Shown here: piece by piece, positions 42,470 through 53,047 of the stretch
Position numbering within the stretch: the first letter of the stretch is position 1
Layout of the letters: the number at the start of each line of letters is the position of its first letter
NCBI GenBank assembly: GCA_015680685.1
Contig: MNCI01001248.1
Location: 369,822-433,821, forward strand
DNA length: 64,000 bases
Direction: 5' to 3'
From: Gnetum montanum
Taxonomy: Eukaryota > Plantae > Gnetophyta
The notes under the pieces: generated by a model
The model's input: the letters and a program-made list of their open reading frames with translations, nothing else
Database searches by the model: none
Told to the model about the DNA's origin: nothing
Position numbers and translations under genes: made by a program

Positions 42470-45400
42470 TGTAGCGATCGAAAACATCGATGGCTGGAAA
42501 ACACTAAGGGATCGGTGGGTGTGACAGTTTTGACCTCGTACCCATGGGAGGGTCGTGCTGGGTGTGTGCGGATACGGGGCACCCTGAATGGTCTAGTTGA
42601 TCAGACAAGGACTTACGTTAGTGTCAATATAGCCTTTTGCAATGTGTACCTTTGAGACGGAATGGAACTGCGAAATGATGCTTGAAAGTAAATAAAGCAG
42701 AAAATGCGACAACAATACGAAGTAATACTTGAAAGTGAAGCCATTGCCATGCTACACTATGTAGCATAGCGTAGCATAGCACCTTGTTCTGCTATTGTAT
42801 TTTGAAGTTTGCTATGCTATGAGGCGTAGCATAGTAGACTTCGTGACTTAGAAAACTTGTCAAACTATTTTTTGTGCATCCAGAGTGTTGCTGCCAATTT
42901 TGCACATCACTTCTAAGTAGGCTATCAGCTTGTCAGGCTACTTTGGTGGATAGGCAGGATGACAGAGAACCTGTCCATGCTTAAAGTAGAAAATTTTCTG
43001 AACTGGCTGGCTTGAACTCATAAAGTTCTCCTCCTGATGAACTTCTGTAGTGCTACATGGATTGTAAGAGCCTAGTGAAGCAAGGATGACCCTACATTTT
43101 TTAGGGAGTTTCATTGGCCCCTCTTTGTCAACGTATGGAGAACAGGCTTGATGGACGTCGGCAAAGAATACGAAACATCGTAATAGGCAAAATGCTAAGG
43201 TTGTCACTTGGTGAGTGTTGAGACATTGCTTAGCTGCACTTGAGAGTGTTGCATTGGTTTTGCAGAGGTTAAGGCAGAGAACAAAGATGATGTTTAGCAG
43301 AGTCCCTCGTTAGAGTGCTCTGAGGGGCTCATTTGCATTTTCATCTTTGGCTAGCGTTGTTCTTCAACCTCTTGTAGGCAGGTGCCCCCTTTGTAGGATG
43401 AGTTGTGTTACATCTATGAAAGTATTTGACCTACCTATAGACACCTTCCATACGGTGAGTTGTGTTACGCACGTGCTGGAGTTTGCACTATCAAATAGCC
43501 ATGTTAGTCGAGGCACTCACTTCGTGATGCTATAGCATTTGCTACTATAGCAAGATGTGTTTACGGGGATAAGGTCTTTCTAGCTGCTAACATTGTTGTT
43601 ACTCTTGCACACCGTCGCTGGTGTGAGATGCCCAAAGCAAGAAGGCCAGTAGTGGCCTTGGCAGTGCTGGCGTGGAGGAGCTGGCCTTGATGATGCTAGG
43701 AGTTGTTGCGGGTGTGGATGCTCTAGAATCCCTACTAGGGGTTTGCATTTTTGGTTCAACTATGGGATCAGTTTCTACATAGCTAACACCATGCAAGCCC
43801 AGGCATTGGTAGGGAGCTAGAGCAAAAATATTGTGGCTAAGCCACAATACTACTAGAATTCCAGATGTGGGAGCTAACCTAAGAACTACTGTCAAGGCAA
43901 TGGGCCGTGGTGATGGTAGGTTCAGAGGTTTAGTGTGATGCCATACAGCATCTTCAGAGAGTTAGCATGATGCTAAGGGTGGCAGTGCCACTTATGTTCC
44001 AGATAGCATTCTCAGTGTGTCATGAATGATGTTCCAGAGCTATGACATCCCACCCATACGTTAGCATCGCACCCACTTGTTCGGTGTGTATCTAGTTCTG
44101 GTGCATGCTGGGGATGTGATGCAAACCCAGTTTAAGGTCTTGGTAGACCATGTGCTAGTTTAGGGTCCTAGTAGACCACCATGCTAGTTTAATGTCCCAG
44201 CAGACCGTACATGCCAGTTTATCATCGTAGAGGACATGCAACGCCAGTTTATAGTCATAGTGAACTAACAATGTCATTTTTACATCGTAGTAGACAGTTG
44301 CTACCAGTTTAACATCATGGCGGACACTGCTCGATGCTGCTAGTTTATCGTCATTACGGACGCTGCTTGGTGCAACTACTAGTTTATTGTCATAGTGGAC
44401 GGTGCTTGTTGTTGCCATTGCTTTAGACGTAGTACGGCTTGAGGTACGTGTCGTTCACCAGGTTGGTGGACTCATTACCATCCATGTCCACCAGTTTGAA
44501 GGCTCCATTTCTAAAGGCTTTAGTGACCATGCAAGGACGTTTCTAGTTGGCTGAGAATTTTCTCATGTGCTCACGGATGACCTTGAGGATGAGGTCTCCC
44601 TTCTGCACTGGTCGTCGATGCAAGTTTGCATGGTGCTTCTGCTACTATTTGCTCTGGTAGTGCTCGATTTATCTCAGTGTTTGCATGTGTTTCTCCTCCA
44701 CTGAGTCGAGGTCAATGGTTCATGATTCATTTTTTTGGGCTTTGCTCACGACGTTAGACAGGATCATTTGAAGTGAGGGTACCTACAACTCAAGAGGCAA
44801 TACAGCTTCAAATCTGTAAATGAGACTGTAAGGGGTCTTACTTGTCATAGTTTTGCAAGTCATTTGGTAGGCCCAGAGGATGTAGAGGATTTGCTCGTGC
44901 CATCGCCTCTTGCTATTGTTAAGCATCCGCTTCAGCAAGTTGATGATGGACTTATTTGTAGCTTTAGCCTACCTGTTTGCCTGCGGATAATAAAGGAAAG
45001 AAAATGATTGTTTAATGCCTAGGTTGCTACAGAAGGTTTGGGTTTCCGTACTACTGAATTGTGGCCCATTGTTGGTCACAATAGTCATTGGAAGCCCAAA
45101 CCTAGTTATGATGTTATCAAGGATGAAATGGCAAATTTGCTGAGACATTGTCTTCCTTAGGGGAATAGCTTCCACCCACTTGGTAAAATACTCTATGGCG
45201 ATGATAATGAAGCTATGCCCCGTGGAGGACTTAGGCATAATAGGTTCTATGAGGTCTAATCCCCATCATTGGAAGGGCCACATGATTTGCGTTGGGTGCA
45301 GGTTTGTAGGTGCTATGTGTATGAGATTTACATATCTTTGGCATGTGTTCCACATCTTGACTTTTGATAGGAAGTCACACTCCATGTAGGTCCAGTACTA

Positions 45401-46090
45401 CCCTAGACATCTGATTTTCATGGCCATAGACCTGGGTGCTATATGTCCACTGCACAACCCTTCATGGACCTCATTAACTACCTTTTCTGCTTGCTCATCA
45501 CCCACACATGCTAGCAATATCACGTTGTAGGATCGTCGGCATAGGACATCATTTTCCATTAGCATGTATTGCCGAGCACGCTTATGGATTTCATCTCTCT
45601 AGGAAGATGTCAATCCACCTGGGGGTTCGTCGTGCCATAGATAAGCTTTAATTTTGGCATACCACTCCAGGGCATCTGCCGCGCTGACAGAGGCTACGTG
45701 TTTTTCCTAAGTGATAGGCTCTATGCATTCTATGATCACAGTTGGTAGGTTTGCTAAGGAATGTGATGGGATGTTTAATGTGAGGGTAGCTAGGGTATCT
45801 GCTACAGTGTTCTCATTGCATGGCACATGTTGCACATTAGTGGTCACAAATTAATTAAGTAGGGTTTTTGCTAGGTCATAGTAGGGTTGTAGGTGCGTAG
45901 CCTTGTAGGCGTAGACTTTGGTGATTTGATTCATGACTAGTTGTGAATCTCCCCAGATTGCCAAGTGTTGTATGTGCAGCACTCAGGTAGTTAAGAGGCC
46001 TCTAAGTAGCCCCTCGTATTCTACCATGTTTTTGGTGCAAGGGAACATGAAATGATAAGAGGATGGGTGCACTTCCATAGAGGGGAACAT
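42470..46090 (-). mobile_element. Tat-lineage element B, 3' part (aRH-INT, 3' UTR, PPT, 644 bp 3' LTR at 42470-43113), interrupted by A
   Basis: LTR TG...CA with PPT at ~43116-43127; INT ~44430-45560 (EYFTKWVEAIPL); aRH ~45600-46090 continues at 63834. Confidence 0.85.
44125..44415 (-). repeat. Hairpin+TAAACTRG array just 3' of the INT stop in B (~9 units)
   Basis: Plus-strand units cYagttta-NN-Rtc-N6-gac with variable linkers. Confidence 0.85.
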
Positions 46091-47389
46091 TGTGCCGACC
46101 GAAATCGTCGGTGCAAGGTTGGAATGTTACAGGCACCGAAAGATCCACGGACAAGCACAGTCGACCCTGCCTCCGCTTGAGGGCAAGCTGGAATGGATGA
46201 AGGCAGAGTGCCTTGAATGGTCCGCACACAGATCAAACAAGGACTTCCCCGAGCGCCACTGAAGTGTTATACGCTGGGTTATGCGTAAACGGAGCGTAAA
46301 CAGTGAAATAGGCACAAACAGAGCGTAAGCGTAATCAAGGCGTAAACAGGGTCGGGCGTAAACAGCATAAACAAATATATGCACAGCGTAAGCGTATGAA
46401 AACGTGAACAGTGTAAACATCGTCAACAAGTGTAAAGGGCGTAAGCAGACGCAAACAGTGTAAACAATGTGCATACACGGACGCAGACGGAGCGTAAACG
46501 TAAGCAGGTGTAAACGAAGCGTGGGCCAAATTAACATAAAACTGTAAAATAACTTGCAACAAACGTAAACAATGAATTACAAAGTCAAAATGTTGTGCAC
46601 CAGTCTAACGCAGTCGTGTAGGGACACAAGGCGGACGTAAAGCCCCGGTGGACGCAGGGATGCAGCTGGTTGGCACAGTAGGCGGAGCGCGGATTGTGCT
46701 CGGCGTACAAGATTTGCAGCGTAAGGGGGTTTCTGCAGTGTAATTGCTCTGGGTCTGCTCTGGTAAATTTTTGCCGACCTGCTAAATGCAAAAAACTAGG
46801 CTATTTATAGGGGTAGGGTTACCGGGAAAATCGGACTGGGAGACACGTGGCGTTAGACCGGGCGTTTACAATTTAGAAACATGGTATACGCTGGGTGTAT
46901 ACGCTACAACAGGTCGGCATATACGCTGGGTGTAAACTTGGACGGATGCTGGTGTATACGCTGGGGCGTATACGCTGACGGATGTTGGCGTATACGCTGA
47001 TGGATGCTGGGCGTACACGCCAGGCGTATACGCTGAAGGACATCCACTTGCTTCAATCCTTGCTCTTCGGTGTAATCTTCATGCTGTCATTGGAGATCTT
47101 GTCGTCGAGCGTGCGTATCTACCGTACCAGGGCGTGTACGCCGGAGAGCCGGGCGTACACGCTGGGCGTAGACACCAGGCGTAGACGCCAGGCGTGGACG
47201 CTAGCACAACACGGTTTAAAACTGGGCGTATACGCTGGGTGTATACGCCGGTACAACATTTAGAACCAGATGTTTCGATTTTTAAAATTGTCCTGCGTGA
47301 CTTCAAATGTAGCTGAAGTCACCTGTGGCTCATGGGGATCTGCTTCTTGTCAGACAGATGTTAAACTCAAAGATTTTTGTGGTGTTTCA
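46091..47389 (-). repeat. 3' LTR of A (1299 bp)
   Basis: Roughly 90-95% identical by eye to 62503-63833, with mostly CpG transitions. TATAAATA at 46802-46809 on the minus strand. Confidence 0.97.
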
Positions 47390-47391
47390 TT

Positions 47392-47403
47392 GACCCCTCT
47401 TTG
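47392..47403 (-). promoter_or_regulatory. Polypurine tract of A
   Basis: Minus strand caaagaggggtc next to the LTR start; same PPT in B and C. Confidence 0.85.
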
Positions 47404-48357
47404 TTGACGCTTGGAGGAATCGACCCGAGAAGCATCGACAAAGAAGCGCTAAACACCATAGGCAACTTGATAAAAGCTTTGTTCTTTGCCACTTGACCAG
47501 ACATCATCGTACCGTGTTTAGTGGTGAATGGTATTGAAAGGGCGAGATTGGTAACTGGCAGGAGGGAAGGGATCGTGGGGATCGGTGGCTGCCTGAGGGA
47601 TCATGCTGGGAAAATGGGATGCTCAGGTGTGCGGCATGCTGGTCCTTGTCGATAGCCATCTCTTGGCAGACTCAGAATTCAAGCATGTGATGTGCGTCCT
47701 TTGGCGGAACAGTGCTCTTGGTGATTTTTCAAGAGAACCAGTTGTCACTACCAAAGCCACGGGGTGATGTTTTGCATTCTTTGGAGGAACAACTCCCTTC
47801 TTTGGGGAAACTGTTAGCAAAGAGCCAAAGCCATGCGATAAGATGTTTCTTGACTGCTTTTGACATGAGTACGTATTTTCAAGACCGATACCTTCCCGCC
47901 TGGGGCTTATATGGGAAGTGCCAAGGGTCCCGTTTTTTTTTTTTTTGAAATTTTTCCTTGTACTCGTATGCGAATATTGTGCTCTGTGTGTTGCGATTGC
48001 TGTAAGGTTTTGCGGTGTGCAATAGTTTGGTAAACAGATAGTGGGTTTTCGAGGAATGGGAATGTGCGGGTTAACGGTTCGATTTAGTCTTGCCAGGTGG
48101 ACAAATAGACATTACCTCATCTTGCTGCCTATGATGAAACGCACTCTCGTACGAGAACTTCTGAGCATCATCCTGCAAACACAACTCCAAAGAGACAAGA
48201 AAACCATGAGTGAATTAATGAGTTTAGACTTAAACAGCTGCAGGTGAACAAATATGTTGTGGCGATTCTGAGCATTGAATGGGAATGTCGACGATGCTGA
48301 TGAGGGATGCAATGATTCTGATGAATGTGGCTGTGGAGTGAAGAGTCAAGGATGAAC

Positions 48358-48740
48358 GTGCCAGTTTAGAGTCTTAGCGGACTATCATGGGTTAGTTTTG
48401 TGTCGTAACCTGTCGGACATTGCCCGTTTAGCGTCGTGGCAGACGTTACGTTGCCAGTTTTGAGTCTTAGCAGACCATGAAGAGGCGAGCTAGTTTATAG
48501 TCTTAGCGGACTCCATGGTGTTAGTTTATAGTCATAACCCAGGACTGTTCTGTGGTATCAGTTTATAGTCATGATTCCAGGACTATTCTGTGGTATCAGT
48601 TTATAGTCATGATTCCAAGACTATTCTATGGTATCAGTTTATAGTCATGATTCCAGGACTATTCTGTGGTATCAGTTTATAGTCATGATTCCAAGACTAT
48701 TCTGTGGTATCAGTTTATAGTCATGATTCCAGGACTAGCG
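48358..48740 (-). repeat. Hairpin+TAAACT array 3' of the INT stop in A; includes ~5 near-identical 38 bp units
   Basis: Heterogeneous ~30 bp units at 48358-48540, then (cagtttatagtcatgattccaggactattctgtggtat)n. Confidence 0.9.
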
Positions 48741-48757
48741 CGTACCTGAGTTCGAAT

Positions 48758-51700
48758 TCATGTATAGAACGGTTTTAGGAATAAGTGATTAGTTGGGTTT
48801 GCAAATTCTTTTCCGTCCATGTCAGCTAGTTTGAATGCTCCATTGTCGAATGCTTTGATGACCAGATAAGGCCCTTCCCAGTTGACTGAGAATTTATCTG
48901 GGTGTTCACGAATGGCTTTAAGCACGAGGTCTCCTTCTTTGATGGGGTGCTTATGAATGTCATGTCGATGTCGTTACCGTTGTTGTTTCTGGTACCATTC
49001 GATCTGATCGAGTGCACGCACGCGTTCCTCTTCCACTGAGTCTAGGTTAATGAGGCATAGATCATTGTTTTTCCCATTGTCGAGAAGTCTGGAAAGTGTG
49101 ATCCTTAGAGATGGTACCTGTAATTCTAAAGGTAAAACAGCTTTCGAACCATAAACAAGACTGTATGGAGTTTTACCTGTCGAAGTCTGGTGCGTGGTAC
49201 GGTATGCCCATAACGCATACACTAGTTATTCGTGCCATCTTCGTTTGCTTTGGGCAAGCATCTTTTTGAGTACTATGATGATCATCTTATTTGTTGATTC
49301 TGCCTGCCCGTTGCTCTGAGGATAGTAAGGGGATGAAAACGAGTGTTTGATCCCTAGACTATCGCAAAACGTTTTGGTCTCAGCACTACTAAATTGTGGC
49401 CCATTGTCAGTGATGATTGTCATGGGAATGCCAAAATGGGTTACAATATTTTCGAGGATGAAGTGGCACACCTATTTAGAAGTAGTTTTGCGAAGGGGTG
49501 CCGCCTCTACCCATTTCGTAAAGTATTCAGTTGCTGTTATAATAAAGCTATGCCCGGCAGAATATGTGGGTGTTATCGGGCCAATGAGGTCCAGTCCCCA
49601 CTTCTGGAAGGGCCATGTGATTTGTGTTGTATGCAACTCATTTGGTGGAATGTGGATGAGATTACCGTGTTTTTGACAAATACTACATGTTTTGACCTTG
49701 GACTGACAGTCGTATTCCATGTTTGGCCAATAGTAGCCTAAGCGTCTTATTTTGGTTGCCATTGCCTTCGGTGCAATGTGTCCCCCGCATATTCCGTCGT
49801 GCACTTATTCAACAATTGTTTGGGCTTCGGTACTATTGACGCATGTCAGAAGTATGCCCTCGTAGGATCGACGACACAATGTATCCCCTATTAATGTGTA
49901 CTATTTAGAACGCTTGCGTACTGCATCCTTTTGCGCAGTGGTTAAATGTTGTGGCGTTTCACCGCGCAGAAGGTATTCCTTTATGTCATCGTACCATTCG
50001 TTAGCGTGTGTTGTACTGACAGATGCGATTGGTAGCATGTCAAGAGTGTTGGTTATGGGCTCGACACAACTGGTTACAGAGCTTGGTAGTGCATGAAACA
50101 TGTCAGGGGATATGTTTAATGCCAAGGTTGCCAATGCGTCTGCAATGGTATTGTCATTCCTAGGGATATGTTGGACATCAACATTTTTGAATTGTTTAAG
50201 TAGGTGCTTAGCCAAATCACAGTATGGTTGTAAGTGTTGCGCTATACACGTATAGACGTCTGTGACTTGGTTTACGACTAATTGTGAGTCCCCTCTGACT
50301 ACAAGCCATGTAATGTCTGAAGCTAGCGCAGCCGCGAGACCTCTGAGGAGACCTTCATACTCTACTATGTTGTTAGTACAATGAAAGTTGAAGTGATAGG
50401 CGAAAGGTTTAATTTCTCCAGAGGGATATGTGATTACAGTAGCAGCACTTCCCCCAGGTTTAATTTCTCCAGAGGGATATGTGATTACAGTAGCAGCACT
50501 TCCCCCTCGAGAGGTGGATGCTCCATCAACGTTTAGAATGGCATCGTAGTCGTCTGGCACCGTGTCTATTGCATTTACATTTTCGTTTGGGAATTTGGGT
50601 TCTATTGTACCTGGATCATGCGTTGGCGACATGGTCATTTGATTTGCTATGGCCTAGCCCTTTACTGACAATTTTTCCACGTAGTGTAGGTCAAACTCAG
50701 TTATGATTGCCTTCCAACGGGCTATCCTGCTTGATTCATATATGTTTCCAGTTATAGCTCTGAGTACATTATCTTTGCAAATTATGTTAACTCGATTTTG
50801 GAAAAGATAATGTCGCCATTTCTTTAAAGAGAAGACTAAAGTTAAACATGACTTTTCTACATCGTTATATCTCTTTTCGTGGGCAACTAATGCATGGCTT
50901 AGGTAGTATACGGGGACCTCAGTTCCGTCATCTTGTTTCTGGCACAACATGGACACGATTGATGATTCTGATGTGGCCAGGTAAATGTAAAACGACCTGT
51001 CGTTTTTGGGTGGGAATATAGTGGGTAACTGAGCAAGTGTCGTTTTAATATTGTCAAATGCTTCTTGGCACTGCGGGGTCCATTCAAAAAGGACATTCTT
51101 GCGTAGTAGGTGGTTCATAGGTGTGAGTTTTCCCGTCAAATTTTCTATGAATCTCCTAATGAATTGTAGTCGACCTTGTAGCCCTCGAAGTTCGGTTAGA
51201 TTGCCAAGTGGTTTTAGGTTTGTAATGGCCTTAACCTTATCAGGGTCTACCCATATCCCTGCCTTTGAGGCTACGAATCCAAGCATCTTACCCGTTTTGA
51301 CGCCGAAGACGCATTCCTTTGAATTAAGCCTTAGTTCGTATTTTAGACAACGTTTTAATACTAAGTCAAGATCCTGTACGTGTTGTTCTGATGATTTCGA
51401 TTTAACCACTATGTCATCTACATAATCATTGAGCGAGTGTAAGATGTAATCGCTGAAAATATATTTCATCGCCCGTTGATATGTGGCCCCAGCGTTCTTG
51501 AGACCAAAAGGCATCATTGTGTAACAAAAGGTTCCCCAAGGTGTCATGAAAGTAGTTTGGAGCTGGTGTTCTGGGTTAATACGTATCTGGTTATATCCCG
51601 AGAACCCATCCATAAAGGATAATAGGGCGTGCCCAGCGGTTGAGTCAACTAGTTGATCAATGCTAGGTAAGGGGAAGTCATCCTTTATAGTGGCTACGTT

Positions 51701-52303
51701 AAGGTCCCGGAAGTCAATGCACAGGTGGATACTTCCGTTCTTCTTTGGGACTATAACCATGTTTGATACCCATTCGGCGTAATCAATAGCCCTAATGAAA
51801 CCAGCTTGGTAGAGCTTGGTTATCTCACTACGAACTACTAACGCTACCTTAGGTTTGACCTTTCGTGCTTTCTGTTTTACTGGCCTCAGTTTTGGATCAA
51901 GGATGATGTTGTGCTGGACAATACAAGGGTCTAACCTGGGCATGTCTGTATAGGACCACGCAAATGCTTTCATATTGTCCCTAAGTACGTTTTCCATATC
52001 TTTAGCTAGACGTGGTTCTAGTAATGTACTTAATTTTAGGATTTTAGTTTCCCCATCGGGCATGGTGATAGGTGTTTCGGTTAGAGGATCTTCAGCAATG
52101 TTTTTAGCTTCAATGTCGAGGGACTTTGTCATTCCCTCATATTCGTCAACCGTTTGTTGCATTGAAGCTATTGTTGCGTTGTTTGCTGATGAGCTCGCAT
52201 AGACGAGATTCACATCGATATTCCTTTCAACCGCGCCGTACGGTCCATCAATGACCAATGGCTTGGTTAAGCGCTTGTAATCCATTAGGCAAATTCCTGT
52301 CAA
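48758..52303 (-). pseudogene. pol: pol of A: RT-RNase H-archaeal-type RNase H-integrase, single frame with 5 premature stops
   Basis: ORFs 50654-52303, 49901-50638, 49472-49804, 49226-49471 and 48974-49222 share one frame. Motifs: RT YVDD; aRH NVDGAS..TNNIVEYEGL..VRGDSQLVVNQV; INT HHCC zinc finger, WGLDLIGP, ITDNGPQF, SNGQAE. Terminal TGA at 48758-48760. Confidence 0.95.
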
Positions 52304-52398
52304 TAAATGGAAAGCCTCGTAAGATAGTGGAGGTCGTTTAGGTCTTTTGGCAATCTTTAGTGTGCATGTATGAAAATGGATTGACGTGACAGTGAAAC

Positions 52399-52685
52399 GG
52401 CAGTTTCATGCCTTACCGGGCAACGAACGACAGTTTAATGCCTTACTGGGCAGCGAACAACAGTTTAATACCTTACCAGGTAGTGATCGGCAGTTTAATG
52501 CCTTACCGGACAGCGATTGGCAGTTTAATGCCTTACCGGGCAATGATTGGCAGTTTAACGCCTTACCGGGCAACGAACGGCAGTTTAATGCCTTACCGGG
52601 CAACGATTGGCAGTTTAATGCCTTACCGGGCAACGAACGACAGTTTAATGCCATATCGGGCAACGAACGGCAGTTTAATGCCGAA
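52399..52685 (-). repeat. 30 bp tandem array (~9.5 copies) upstream of RT
   Basis: (cagtttaatgccttaccgggcaacgaacgg)n; contains a tgcc-N6-ggca hairpin plus agttta. Confidence 0.95.
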
Positions 52686-52838
52686 ATTTGTGTTTTATAT
52701 GGTTTATGTGTGTAAATTTTATATCTTTTTTTGAAAAATTCAAAGCGAGTTCGAAAAATCACGAAAAACGAGGCAAAAAGCAAGAAAAACGGAAAAGCGG
52801 CGGTGGCGGCAGCGGCGTCAGCGTCAGCGTCAACGCGC

Positions 52839-52845
52839 TATAAAA
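52839..52845 (+). promoter_or_regulatory. TATA box of the antisense gene
   Basis: TATAAAA in a GC-rich context, followed ~20-30 nt later by TCATT initiator-like motifs and an ATG at 53048. Confidence 0.7.
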
Positions 52846-52899
52846 GGGGAGCAGGGGCGTCATTTTGTCATTTGACTTTTGGAGCGTGAGCGTAAACTA

Positions 52900-52997
52900 C
52901 GAGCGTAACCCCAGCGTAGACGCCGAGCGAAACCCCAGCGTAGACGCCAAGCGAAACCCTAGCGTAGACACGAGCGAAAACCCCAGCGTAGACGCTG
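52900..52997 (+). repeat. 24 bp tandem repeat (x4) in the 5' leader of the antisense gene
   Basis: (gagcgaaaccccagcgtagacgcc)n. Confidence 0.85.
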
Positions 52998-53047
52998 AGA
53001 TAAAACCTCTGTTTACGCCACACACAAGCCAAAGTGTAGATGCCGAG

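Noticed and set aside
44125-44415. Repeat-spacer arrays as CRISPR
   Set aside because: Eukaryotic retrotransposon context, degenerate repeats, very short variable linkers and no cas genes. Reported instead as hairpin arrays.
48358-48740. Arrays as hammerhead or other known self-cleaving ribozymes
   Set aside because: No CUGAnGA/GAAA core or other ribozyme consensus recognised by eye.
49347-52202. Plus-strand ORFs overlapping pol (also those overlapping gag at 58388-61400)
   Set aside because: Shadow ORFs of the coding strand with no independent homology or splice structure.
52386-52783. ORFs with 10 aa repeats on both strands
   Set aside because: By-product of the 30 bp tandem array; open in several frames with no coding signal.
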